Shown: positions 8,990 to 19,300, counted from the stretch's first letter. The stretch is 51,216 nt of DNA from an uncultured Alphaproteobacteria bacterium (GCA_944390035.1 CALXOP010000113.1:1-51216); one strand, 5' to 3'. Made by a program: numbers and translations. Notes: generated from the sequence alone by a model not told the origin.

Positions 8990-11900
8990 AACCTGCAACC
9001 TTCTTATCTAAATTTACGTAAGAACCGTTATTTTTAAGATAACCGACATTTTTGCCTTCACTGTCTTCAACAACGCCTTCCGCATTGAGGCGGCCGACAT
9101 AGTTGCCGTCATTTCCTAAAATTGTGGCTCCTATCTTGTATATTTTTCCAATAATACTATCATTATTGTCAATGGCCAAATCACCCGAAATGGCTCGACC
9201 AATCAGACTACCTTCTTTGTTTCTGATTTTACCATCAAAATTAACATAGCCTACAACTTTATCTGAGTTATCAATAACAATATCACCGTGGACAACTTCT
9301 CCGATTAATTTTCCAGCAGCACTAATGACATTGCCGTCAGATAAGACACGACCAATGACTATATTTTCTCTGTCGATGACTTGTCCGTTCGGTAAAACTG
9401 CCCCTATGGTGTTACCGCCAAAATCAATTACCGTGCCGCGACGCAGCAGACTAAGATTTTTGTCAGTAGAACCGCCGGGAAGAACTGCCGTTATCACTTC
9501 ATTTTTCAAATCTATTACGTCACCGACCGAGTTGACGCGACCTTTATAGTTGCCCCAAATATCAACCACAATATTTTCAGGAATAACTTCGCCGATGAGC
9601 TTTCCTTTCAAATCTATCACTTTTCCGTCAGAAGTTGTAGTTCCGACCCTCGTGCCTTCCATACTGATAACCGTGCCGTCGGTTGTGGCATAGCCCAAAA
9701 ATGACCCGTCATAGCCAATGGCACTTCCTCTGGAAATAACACCGCCGCGATAAACGCCTTTGCTGTCAATAAAGTTTCCTTTGGCATCTATTCGGCCTAA
9801 ATTTTCACCAAAACGAGTGATAACTTGTCCGTCATGCGAGACTTGTCCAATCGTCTTTCCTTCAAAATCTGCCACAAAACCTTTTTTGACGGTGTTGCCG
9901 ATGAGAGAATTATAAAAGTTTAGGCCATCGCCGTGGAGCTTTCCGATTACGTTGCCTTTAGAATCGTAAACCTCACCACTTGGGAAAAGGCGGCCCTTGA
10001 AATTTCCTTCGGGTGAGATAATTGTTGATTTTTCATCCATCAAAACGCCCAAGATTTCGTTTTGGTCGTTGGCAACCAAATCATTGGCATAAAGTTTGGC
10101 ATCAGGTTGGCCACTAATGGCGACACGTCCGTTCGGGGCTACCAGATTTAGGAAATTACCGTGCAAATCATAGGCATTTGTTTTTTCCAGAACTCGACCG
10201 ATATAGGCCCCGTCTTTGTTAAAGACATCGCCATAGAGGCCAACGCAGCCAACTGGTTGTTGAGAAAGTGCTATGACCAAGCCATCGGCCGAAACTTGTC
10301 CCAAATATTCTCCATCATAAGACAGAGCAACGCCGTTACGAACCACACTGCCGATAACTTCACCTTTTTCGCTCAGAACCGTACCGTCGGGGTTAACACA
10401 GCCCACATAGACCCCTTCAGAAGAGCGAACAATTCCGTCTGTGCCGACATCTCCGATATAAGTGCAATTATTGTCAAACACTTTGCCGGTGCGGATGACT
10501 TCGCCGACATAGTTGTTTTCTGCATCAACAATTACACCATCAGGCATGGGTTTGAGTTTTGTTTCCGTATTGCCTTTTTTTATCTTGCCGTCCGAATCCA
10601 AATAACCGATATTTTTGCAACCATAGCCCACAACCAGTCCGCCTCGGATTAATTTGGCAACAACCTCCGAACCGGACGGATCGCGTACCAAACCGTTTGA
10701 CAGTACACGACCTACCGTTTTGTTGTTTTGAACAACCGTACCGTCATTGTTTAATTTTCCCAAAACCGTTCCTTTGGGAGTTATCGGTATCATACGAGTT
10801 TGAACCAAAGCACCCAAAGTTTTGTCTTGCGAGCTTACGATATTGCCATTGGCATCGACATAACCGATTTCATTGCCTTTGAGGTCAAATACTTTGCCGT
10901 TGGCATCAACATAGCCAACCACCTTACCATCTTTATCCAAAACCAGATTGACCATCTCGCCGGCTTTGCCGATAACATTACCTTCCAAGTCAACTAAAGT
11001 GCCATCATCTAGCATTTTGCCTATGATGTTGCCATTAAAATCAACAACATTACCGTTTTCATCAATGTAGCCTATCAAATTGCCGTCTTTATCATAAGCC
11101 AAACGCCTTTGCGCGCCGATATTCATATCGGCAACTTTTCCTATGACGTTACCGTTATTGTCCACAACCGTGCCGTCAGGCAAGACGCGCCCGATAATAT
11201 TACCGTTGGCGTCACGGACATTGCCGTCTTCATCAACATAGCCGATGACATTGCCATCCTTATCATAAACCAGACGTCTTCCCGGAACATTGGCAACTTG
11301 TCCAATCACATTGCCGTTGGCATCCACAATCGTCCCATCGGGCAAAACCTTACCAATGACATTGCCATTAAAGTCAACCACATTTCCGTTCTCATCAACG
11401 TAGCCGATAACATTGCCATTTTTATCATATGCTAACCGTCTTTGCGGGATAGTCGTTGACTTGCCGATAACATTGCCGTTTTCATCCATAACATTGCCGG
11501 CAGCATCAACTTTGCCGATAACATTGCCGTTGGAATCGATAACATTGCCGTTAGAATCTACAAAACCTATAACTTTACCGTTTTTGTCATGCGCTAATCT
11601 TACAGAACCGCCGGCGTTTCCCAAAACATTTTTGCCGACAACCTTGCCGTTTTCATCTACATAGCCGACAACATTGCCGTTTTTATCTACCACCGAGCCA
11701 TCGGGCATCACAACACCCAAAACATTGCCGTTTTCATCAACGGCAACGCGGCCTTGCTTGCTGACACGGCCTATGACGTTACCATTGGCATCAACCGCTT
11801 CTCCGTTGGCATTTAATCTACCGGTCACATTACCGTTTTTATCGACGACCGTGCCGTCGGGCATAACCCGGCCGATGATGTTGCCATTTTTATCATACAC

Positions 11901-12875
11901 AAAACCGGCATCAACCGCTTTACCGATAACATTACCGTTCAAATCAACGACCGTGCCGTCGGGCAACATACGACCGATAATATTGCCGTCTTTGTCCACC
12001 ACGGTACCGTCAGGATTAACATAGCCGATAACGTTGCCGTTAGCATCATAAACCAAGCGGCGGTTTTCGCCAACGCCTATGACATTGCCGTTTTCATCAA
12101 CGACCATGCCGGCGGAATTCACCCGTCCGATGACATTGCCGTTAGAATCGCGAACATAGCCGTCTTCATCAATGGTGCCGATTACCTCGCCATTGGGGCC
12201 GATTGCATTGCGCGTGCGCAAACCTTTGGCTGTGTTATCTGCATTAGCACCGATGTTATCTGTCGGTACTTGCTCACAAAAGTTGCAATCTTCTTTGCGG
12301 ATGGCATTACCTTCAACCGGAACTTTTTCAGACTTGGCGTTGGCGGTTGTTAAGTTTGATTCATGCCAGGTTATAATAAAGTTGTTTTGAACATTTCCGG
12401 GGACAACCGGGGTCCAACTCATGGTAATATCACAAGTCTCATGGCCGCGGAGTTCTTTATCCGTACAATCGTCCTTAAACGTAAATCCATCAAAAGGCGG
12501 CTCAGCTAACTGGACAGAGACAATTTTGATGGCAGCTTTGGCATTGGTCCCTATGGTTAACACATTTTTGGCATCCGTTCCTAAGACAACCTGCCCCATT
12601 TGAACCGGATTAGGCGTTGTGGTAATCGGTGGCTCTGCCTCGTCTATCATACCGAATTCGATATTATTGCTCTGCGTATTGTCAGATGTAATGTTTAAGG
12701 CATCATCATTGGTGGTAAAGACGGGCTCGGTATATTCATTTTCAACCGGACCACTCTGCATTAACAACATTACGCCCAAAACAAAGATGACAAACGAGGT
12801 AATACCAACCACAAAAATAATGCGGTTGGTTTTCTTTATATAACTCTCCGAATGTGTTAATACCTCTTTGCTCAT
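8952..12875 (-). CDS. Giant bitopic repeat protein (~1307 aa) paralogous to the VirB10 repeat region; no VirB10 C-terminal domain
   Basis: ATG at 12875 overlaps the virB9 TGA (ATGA). TM helix IIFVVGITSFVIFVLGVMLLM. A unique ~180-aa region follows with a possible Ig-like segment (..CDITMSWTPVVPGNVQNNFIITW). After that come more than 20 N-G-N-[VI]-I-G units (by-eye count) and then degenerate units to the C-terminus. Confidence 0.75.
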   Translation of the reverse strand: MSKEVLTHSESYIKKTNRIIFVVGITSFVIFVLGVMLLMQSGPVENEYTEPVFTTNDDALNITSDNTQSNNIEFGMIDEAEPPITTTPNPVQMGQVVLGTDAKNVLTIGTNAKAAIKIVSVQLAEPPFDGFTFKDDCTDKELRGHETCDITMSWTPVVPGNVQNNFIITWHESNLTTANAKSEKVPVEGNAIRKEDCNFCEQVPTDNIGANADNTAKGLRTRNAIGPNGEVIGTIDEDGYVRDSNGNVIGRVNSAGMVVDENGNVIGVGENRRLVYDANGNVIGYVNPDGTVVDKDGNIIGRMLPDGTVVDLNGNVIGKAVDAGFVYDKNGNIIGRVMPDGTVVDKNGNVTGRLNANGEAVDANGNVIGRVSKQGRVAVDENGNVLGVVMPDGSVVDKNGNVVGYVDENGKVVGKNVLGNAGGSVRLAHDKNGKVIGFVDSNGNVIDSNGNVIGKVDAAGNVMDENGNVIGKSTTIPQRRLAYDKNGNVIGYVDENGNVVDFNGNVIGKVLPDGTIVDANGNVIGQVANVPGRRLVYDKDGNVIGYVDEDGNVRDANGNIIGRVLPDGTVVDNNGNVIGKVADMNIGAQRRLAYDKDGNLIGYIDENGNVVDFNGNIIGKMLDDGTLVDLEGNVIGKAGEMVNLVLDKDGKVVGYVDANGKVFDLKGNEIGYVDANGNIVSSQDKTLGALVQTRMIPITPKGTVLGKLNNDGTVVQNNKTVGRVLSNGLVRDPSGSEVVAKLIRGGLVVGYGCKNIGYLDSDGKIKKGNTETKLKPMPDGVIVDAENNYVGEVIRTGKVFDNNCTYIGDVGTDGIVRSSEGVYVGCVNPDGTVLSEKGEVIGSVVRNGVALSYDGEYLGQVSADGLVIALSQQPVGCVGLYGDVFNKDGAYIGRVLEKTNAYDLHGNFLNLVAPNGRVAISGQPDAKLYANDLVANDQNEILGVLMDEKSTIISPEGNFKGRLFPSGEVYDSKGNVIGKLHGDGLNFYNSLIGNTVKKGFVADFEGKTIGQVSHDGQVITRFGENLGRIDAKGNFIDSKGVYRGGVISRGSAIGYDGSFLGYATTDGTVISMEGTRVGTTTSDGKVIDLKGKLIGEVIPENIVVDIWGNYKGRVNSVGDVIDLKNEVITAVLPGGSTDKNLSLLRRGTVIDFGGNTIGAVLPNGQVIDRENIVIGRVLSDGNVISAAGKLIGEVVHGDIVIDNSDKVVGYVNFDGKIRNKEGSLIGRAISGDLAIDNNDSIIGKIYKIGATILGNDGNYVGRLNAEGVVEDSEGKNVGYLKNNGSYVNLDKKVAGYALQEVAKNRRN
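8990..12190 (-). repeat. Coding repeat region (NGNVIG-type units; includes three ~54-57-aa super-repeats at ~10950-11445)
   Basis: At the DNA level, AACATTGCCGTT / GACATTGCCGTT recurs densely on the + strand between about 10960 and 12170. The super-repeats start with RRL(A/V)YDK(N/D)GN at about 11440, 11278 and 11107. Confidence 0.85.
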
Positions 12876-14512
12876 TGCGTCCTTACTACGCTGCAAAATA
12901 CCCCGTTACGACCTAAGCGACTGCAGACATTGTCGCCGGATTCCAAACTCTTGACTGGCCCAACACGTAAGTGGAACAACTCTTTGCCTTGTCCGTCAGC
13001 CGGGGCATCAACCGAGAAAAACGGCTCATAACGACTTAAGACATCAGGATACTTTTTAGAGAGCTCGCTCCACAAATTCTCCAAATTCGAGACATTGGCG
13101 TCCGTTCCTAATTCGATAGAGATATTGGAACTATCGGCACCGACAAAACCCGAACCAAAGCCATAACCACCTTTTGAACCGGCCTGTCCGCCTACATTGC
13201 CGGCATATTGATTATTATTTTTAATATGCTGCATTTTCGAGTAATCGTAGCCATCGTTAGGCGGTTGGAAACCTATGTTGACCCCATTGCCATTGCCTGA
13301 GTTAGCACCGCTATTGCCGTAGCGCGGTACAACAATTTCGCTTTGTCCGACTTGAATGTCATATTGTCCCGGCATACCGTTGGCTGAAGAATTAAATTCA
13401 CTGTCTCTGCCGGTACCGCCCGTCGGACGCATGGTTCCACCCGGAATTGGTTGCGGAACATCCCATGCAGAATCTTCAAAATCCGTTGCATAAGTGGCAT
13501 TTTCCAATCCGGCATCATCAGAGCGACGCATCTTGAGGCAAACTATTCTCTTGCCGTTGCGCAATACCATATCACCAATTCCTTCAACAACAATCAAGCG
13601 ATTGTTCGGTCCTTTGGTTCTAAATCCGACCGGAACTTCTATTCTTTCAACAATCAAGGTGACAATCGGGCGTTGGGTCATATTGAGCGCCTTTTCACCA
13701 AAATCAATATAAGTGAAAATATCATCCCGCCATACTCTTTCCGGCGCAATCACAACATCATCCGGATTTGGAACATAGACTTCAATATCAAAACGGAATT
13801 TGCTCGGGTCGACTGGAATTTCTTTTATCCAATCACTTCTTTGAAAGCGTTTGGTAAAAAGAGAATCTGCCGAATGGGCATTGTTTGCCTTGTAGGATGA
13901 GGCATTTACACCCGAACCGCCGCCAACACTTCCGCCAGCAATGCCGGCTCCTCTTGAACCTGCCGGACCGTCAATCACATCAATATCAATAATTGAATTG
14001 GTCAAGCGCTCTGTGTTGACACCTTCACTTTTGACATAAAATACATATTTATTCCCTGAACGGCCAAAGATAATAATATTGGTATCGACCCCGACATTTG
14101 CTCCCTTACGCGGATAGAGCAAAATTGTATTCGGACCGGAAATTTGGCCATCAAACGTGGCATTGTCACCAATATACATGTCCTCAATTAGCTCCCACTC
14201 CGGAAAATTGAGCAAAGTTATCATACCTTCACGTAGGCGTATCGGCAAGATTAAATCCGGCGACCAATAATATTTTGAATATGCCGGCTTGCTTTGTCCT
14301 TCGCCCAGATTTTGGAGCGGGTCCAGCCAAGCGGCTTGTGTCATTCCAAGAGAGTTAAAACCGGCATAACCCAGATTCATCGGCATATATTGTCCCTGAC
14401 TTTGGTCGGCATTTTGATCCAAACTTCCCATCGTGGCTTGCGAAAAAGCATTACGGCTGACCATCAGCGTAATTGCTCCGATTAATAAAATTTTGCCAAC
14501 TTTCAAAATCAT
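12872..14512 (-). CDS. virB9: VirB9/CagX-family protein with C-terminal SPOR-like domain (546 aa)
   Basis: Signal peptide. N-terminal domain YYWSPDLILPIRLREGMITLLNFPEWELIEDMYIGD...ILLYPRKGANVGVDTNIIIFGRSGNKYVFYV. C-terminal domain DDIFTYIDFGEKAL...RLIVVEGIGDMVLRNGKRIVCLK. A Gly/Asn-rich linker follows, then ISIELGTDANVSNLENLWSEL...FHLRVGPVKSLESGDNVCSRLGRNGVFCSVV (SPOR-like). Confidence 0.85.
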   Translation of the reverse strand: MILKVGKILLIGAITLMVSRNAFSQATMGSLDQNADQSQGQYMPMNLGYAGFNSLGMTQAAWLDPLQNLGEGQSKPAYSKYYWSPDLILPIRLREGMITLLNFPEWELIEDMYIGDNATFDGQISGPNTILLYPRKGANVGVDTNIIIFGRSGNKYVFYVKSEGVNTERLTNSIIDIDVIDGPAGSRGAGIAGGSVGGGSGVNASSYKANNAHSADSLFTKRFQRSDWIKEIPVDPSKFRFDIEVYVPNPDDVVIAPERVWRDDIFTYIDFGEKALNMTQRPIVTLIVERIEVPVGFRTKGPNNRLIVVEGIGDMVLRNGKRIVCLKMRRSDDAGLENATYATDFEDSAWDVPQPIPGGTMRPTGGTGRDSEFNSSANGMPGQYDIQVGQSEIVVPRYGNSGANSGNGNGVNIGFQPPNDGYDYSKMQHIKNNNQYAGNVGGQAGSKGGYGFGSGFVGADSSNISIELGTDANVSNLENLWSELSKKYPDVLSRYEPFFSVDAPADGQGKELFHLRVGPVKSLESGDNVCSRLGRNGVFCSVVRTQ

Positions 14513-14532
14513 TTCTTAATACCTTAATCTAC

Positions 14533-15264
14533 CTATTGAACTCTGTTTAGTGTCAATGAATATCTATCAACCGTAAACCCAACCGGATTGTTTAAGCGTT
14601 CGCCGTATTTAACGCTTTTTTGAACATAGCCAACCCGCAAAGAGGCTGTCCAGTAGTTGATTTCCGGCTTGGTCGAATCCGGATACATATCTTGTGTTTC
14701 ATACTCAACTTGCCACAAGCCTCTGCCCAACTCATTAACCGTCAGAATACGAACATTTCGCTGTAAGCTCTTGGTGCGGATAATATCAAGCGCCCTTTTA
14801 GCGGTTTTGTTCAAGAATTCTTGATATACCGCAGGAGAGGACATTTCTTGTATCGGGCCACCCGGCATCCAGCGTGCTTCCATTTCGGGGATATCTCTGT
14901 CAAACGAACTTCTTTGCAGAACATATTCTCTGACAAACACTTCGGTAATTGCCTTTTCATCTGCCAAATTTCCTCTAACCGGAACAATATTGTAAACTTG
15001 TTCCCCTTTGGCCTGAAATGTCAGCAAAAAAGGCTCTATGCGAAACAGCGGCATAACTTGAATAATTGCCAGAAACAAAACAACATTGCAGCATAGGCTA
15101 ATTGCCGTGATGACGGCAAAGGCACGTGCGGTCCAGAGATACCTCTTTTCACCGACATTGGCGACAAAGACATCTTCCGTCGTGCGTGATTTGACAGTTT
15201 GTTGAGGCTGTGCCTGCCGCCCTATAAGGCGTTGCTGTGTATTATTTTCGAGGCGATTATCCAT
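14533..15264 (-). CDS. virB8: VirB8-family protein
   Basis: 243 aa. The N-terminal TM helix is AFAVITAISLCCNVVLFLAII. The periplasmic domain has ..VFVREYVLQRSSFD.. and the C-terminal signature NYWTASLRVGY...NPVGFTVDRY. Confidence 0.85.
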   Translation of the reverse strand: MDNRLENNTQQRLIGRQAQPQQTVKSRTTEDVFVANVGEKRYLWTARAFAVITAISLCCNVVLFLAIIQVMPLFRIEPFLLTFQAKGEQVYNIVPVRGNLADEKAITEVFVREYVLQRSSFDRDIPEMEARWMPGGPIQEMSSPAVYQEFLNKTAKRALDIIRTKSLQRNVRILTVNELGRGLWQVEYETQDMYPDSTKPEINYWTASLRVGYVQKSVKYGERLNNPVGFTVDRYSLTLNRVQ

Positions 15265-15272
15265 TGGTTTTC

Positions 15273-15461
15273 CTAAATTGTTTCAACAAACCAATCGGGA
15301 AGTGTTTTCGGCAACTCGACCTGCATGCAAGCGCAAGGTGATAACTTCAACTCATCAACACCTTTACCGACGCCGACCGGCTCTGCCTCGTAATATGACC
15401 CAAATATGCCGCAAGATGACAGCAGCATTAGAACAAAAAGCATAATTATCTTTTTTGACAT
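15273..15461 (-). CDS. Small lipoprotein, VirB7-like by size and position
   Basis: 62 aa. Signal peptide with lipobox (LLSSC). It lies between two virB8 paralogs, directly upstream of virB8-virB9. I see no sequence signature beyond this. Confidence 0.5.
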   Translation of the reverse strand: MSKKIIMLFVLMLLSSCGIFGSYYEAEPVGVGKGVDELKLSPCACMQVELPKTLPDWFVETI

Positions 15462-15511
15462 GTCTTATTTCCTTGTCTATATCGTTCGAGTACTCTTATA
15501 GATATTACGAA

Positions 15512-15539
15512 ATTATACTCTTTTTCATTAAAAGTCTAA
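15512..15539 (-). promoter_or_regulatory. Candidate sigma70 promoter (internal, upstream of virB7-like gene)
   Basis: The minus strand reads TTAGAC - 16 nt - TATAAT, in the 113-nt gap between virB8 paralog 2 and the lipoprotein gene. Confidence 0.35.
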
Positions 15540-15574
15540 TATCGTATTGCGGAAATCCCCAACTTATCAACAAG

Positions 15575-16333
15575 CTATAATATTTCTACTTCGGCTTGAG
15601 AATAGCGCGTTACCGTAAAACCTATCGGATTTATCAATCTTAAGCCCGTAAATTCTCGTCCGGGGATGAAAAAGGCCGTAACTGAAGCAGTCCAATATTT
15701 TACCGTCATAATGCGAGCACGCGTCTTTTTATCAACCGCGTATTTGGAAAGCTCATAAGTTTTAAAATCGACTTTCCAGACCGGACTGCGCTCACCGCCT
15801 TGCTTACCGATAGAGATAATTTCAACCTCTCTGACCACGCCGTCATGGCGCATTTTTTCCCAAATGCTGTCGCGGTATTGCGAAAACTCGTTATACACCC
15901 TCGGAGCTGATAAAAAGTTCATCATACCGCCGTCATACCAGCGCACCTGCATTTCCTTTTCATCATCAATTATGGTATTGCGCAGAATAACAAATTGCGC
16001 CACAAACATTTCCATTAATTTGTTTTTGGAGGCCATTCGATTGGTGATGGCTTCGGCTCTGACAATGCCATCCGACGTATCTTGATTAATGATTAAAAAC
16101 GGCTCGACCGAAACCTGCGGGGCCAGCCTGAACAAAGCTAACGAAAAGCTCATAAAAACCAAGAGTGAAAGTATGGCAAAAAAGATAAACAAGCGAGACA
16201 GCCACATATAATATTTGAGCTTAAAGCCTTCTTTTTCTTGCTCTGTTTCGCTGATGAACTCGTGCGTTTGACCGTTGGAATCCGTCAATGACAGAACCTT
16301 TGCTCCTTCCAACTGCGGGTTTATGTTGTTCAT
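15575..16333 (-). CDS. virB8: VirB8-family protein, second paralog
   Basis: 252 aa. TM helix LFIFFAILSLLVFMSFSLALF. C-terminal KYWTASVTAFF...INPIGFTVTRY parallels the first paralog. Confidence 0.8.
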   Translation of the reverse strand: MNNINPQLEGAKVLSLTDSNGQTHEFISETEQEKEGFKLKYYMWLSRLFIFFAILSLLVFMSFSLALFRLAPQVSVEPFLIINQDTSDGIVRAEAITNRMASKNKLMEMFVAQFVILRNTIIDDEKEMQVRWYDGGMMNFLSAPRVYNEFSQYRDSIWEKMRHDGVVREVEIISIGKQGGERSPVWKVDFKTYELSKYAVDKKTRARIMTVKYWTASVTAFFIPGREFTGLRLINPIGFTVTRYSQAEVEIL

Positions 16334-16348
16334 CTTTGCCTCTTGTCC

Positions 16349-19300
16349 TTAGTATGCTGCACAGAAAGGTATCGGGAACGAGTTTAGTTGTTTTTCAAAT
16401 TCTTCATCGGCTTTTTTCTTGTATTCCGACGTTACTTGATGGTTTACTTCTTCCGTTTTTATTCTCTCGTCTAATTCCGAACCGGAATCCGTGGTATCGC
16501 TGAGTGAGATATACGCCTCTTTATCTTTGCGCAAAGCAGTAAATATATTCTTAATCTTATCTACTCTTTCTTGAACAACTTCGTTATCCATTACATTTAC
16601 GCTATCCAGCTGTTCCGTGGCTTCATTAATGAGGCTGTTTTTATAGCGATTCAGCGTTTCTTTGGTTAGGTCATAGTCTTCTTGTTTGGCTAAATCATAA
16701 TCCGCACTCGGAACAAAGCCGATTTCTTCAAACTTTTCAAACAGCTCGGCTTTGGCTTCATCTACACTTAATTTCATTTCTTCAAGTGCTTGACGATAGC
16801 TGATTTCTTGCTCAACAAAGGTTAAAAAATTACCGATTTGGTTATGGTCAAGCATAGCTTTTTCATAGACTATATCTTGCATATTTTCCGTATAAGATGA
16901 GCCTTCTTGCTTTTCTTCGGCCATCTTTTCCAAGCGTGCAAATACCGTTTCAGGCGCATCGTTGTAGAACAAGCCGGAATCTGTGGCTTTGAGCAAAGTG
17001 CCAAGTTCACTGTTTGAGCCAGTATTTCCAACCTCTTGAGCAGTTAGTACTTTTGCTGATGCCGTGACCTCTTCTGCTTTGTCTTTGATGGTGACATATC
17101 TTTTCAGCTGTGCCAAGAGCCCTGATGCCCCTTCCAGACTTATTTCTTGGCATTGCGGCAGTTGGCGCCAATTTTCCCACTCGTCAGAAACTTTTGTGCT
17201 ATAAACGCGGAAAGTGCCGTCCGTGTTGGTTAGATCAATGATGTAATTATCCAAAATGCAAGGATAACGTCCGCCGCGCATAAAGTTTGCCGCCTCGTTG
17301 CCTTCGGAAAGCAAGGTTTTTAAATCTATATCTTTATCAACAAAGGCTTTGTTCTTTAATATCAATTTCCAAATTTCGGGGAATTTTCCACCGCTGTTGA
17401 GCAAGCCTTCTTTGCTGACGCCGCCATTGCTGGTTTTGGTGACATTATCGTGGTCAACATCGTCAAAATGAACAACTTCTCTCAGCGGGGGCAAGTATTC
17501 CTGAAGTGAATTCTTAGGCGCCATAAAGTCACGCGCTTTGCCGTAAGAGCCGACAAAATAGTCATCATCGGCTTGCATACAAGCATCATCCACGCAGGCT
17601 TGTTCTATCAGCATTTTTTGGAACATTGAGGTCAGCGGTTTGATAATTGATGCTGTTTTGGCATAGGCCCCGACGGCAGATGAAAAATTCTGCAGACCTT
17701 CAACCGGCAAGTCCTTTAATTTGGTCATTAGGTCTTGGTGCAATTTGACAATCTCATCACCATAGGCACCGATATAGACATCTTCTCCCAAATTCATAAT
17801 TGCGTTTTGAGTATCATCAACCAGTTGAACAGCATAACTCTTGGTATCAGAAGTCAGACCGCTGGCTGTTTGCAAAATTCGTAGCAGGCTAAACGGCGGA
17901 ATTATTCCGTCTGCATCGGCAACCGGAAGTCCGATTTTGTTTTGATAATAAGCAACCAAATCGAGCGTTTCTTTGGCTTTGCGCTTTTCTTCTATATATT
18001 TTTTGGCTTCTTCCAATTTTTGATTATAAGCCTGTTCAATTTGCTGAACTTGAGAAATATAATTCTGTTCTTCGGCAGAAATTTGTTCTTCTACTTGCTC
18101 TAATTGTTTCTTTAAATTAGCCACCTCTTGGTCTTTGCTATCAACCTGAGTTTTTAGACTTGCGGCTAATTCGGTATTTTGTTCAACTTCGGCTTGGTAT
18201 TGATTAATTTCTTCTTTGGCAAGCGACATACCTTCCGTATCTTCCAAATTCAGAACTTCGCTTTCTTTTTCGGTTGAGTCGGTGTAATCTGCCGTTTGTG
18301 CCTCTTGGGTTTCTTCATCTACCTTATCAGTTGTTTCCAACGTGGTATATTCCATCGTAGCTTCTGCCTTAGAATCTAGCTCGGCATCTAATTTGGCCTT
18401 TTCTTGATTATAGTCAAAAGTGTTATACTGTGCGCCAAAATACAGTGTACGGCTGAGTGCATATTTTGAGCCGTTTCCGGGTGCAAAATTACCATTTTCG
18501 CTAAACGGGCGACGGCGGAACAAGGTCTTTTTCTCATTAGCGGCCGGGGCTTCAATCGATGTATCATCTTCCGGATAGAGGCTGACCGAACCGTCCGGAT
18601 TACTGGTAATGTTGTTAGGTTGTAAATTTTGTTTTTCCAAAACTTGTTGCTGTTTTGCCTGATAGTTCAGCTTATTCATCTTATCTTTATATTCGGAGAT
18701 GGCTTCACCGGTGTCAAACAGCATCCTTTGTTCGGTATTTTCTTGGTATTCGGTTGAGTGTACTTCTTTGGTGGTCTCCGGTGTGACCTCATAGGTTTCA
18801 TCAGCATATTCAACACTACTTTGCTTTGTAATGTTATCTTCAATGTCTCCTTGGCGGTCTTCTTGGTCTTGGAGGATTTTTCCTTGAGTATCTACACCGG
18901 CTTGAGCCTTTAATTTATTTTGTTGTGCGGTGTTGAGTTGTTCGGAGTAATCCGCCAGTAAACCGGAGGCTCTGTCTAGCTTGTCTTGCAGGCTTTTTTT
19001 GCGGCTTTCCAGACTTTGGAGGCGTGATTGTTTGCTGTTTAGGGCCTTTTGTAAGAGTTCGTCTTTATTCTTTTCAAGGCTTTCTAAGACAGAGGCCGGA
19101 TCGGAGGCGGCATCTTCTTGTGCCAGACGAGCCGACAAGCTATCCAGTCCGGCGCGATTGTTGGCTCTTTCATCGGCATCTTCGGTCAAGATATCATTAA
19201 GCGGATAGGCTATTTCAACAATAATCGACGTCACATCATATTGTTGCAGATAGTCTTTTATGTTGCCGTATTTACCGCCTATATATTGATTATAAAAACT

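Noticed and set aside
8952-8998. Possibility that the 1314-aa ORF and virB10 are one gene split by a frameshift or sequencing error
   Set aside because: Each ORF has its own basic N-terminus plus TM helix, and the downstream ORF has an ATG (8989). The 38-47-nt overlap resembles the other coupled junctions in the operon. I cannot fully exclude a split without resequencing, so this is flagged as a check under the findings.
5286-12843. Many 60-165-aa plus-strand ORFs inside virB10 and the 1314-aa gene (e.g. 5604..6047, 10161..10652, 11109..11435, 11674..12024)
   Set aside because: They are antisense shadows of long repeat-rich minus-strand genes. Their products are low-complexity (Pro/Ser/Thr/Leu/Ile-rich) and periodic with the sense repeat. 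They have no SD sequences or independent signals.
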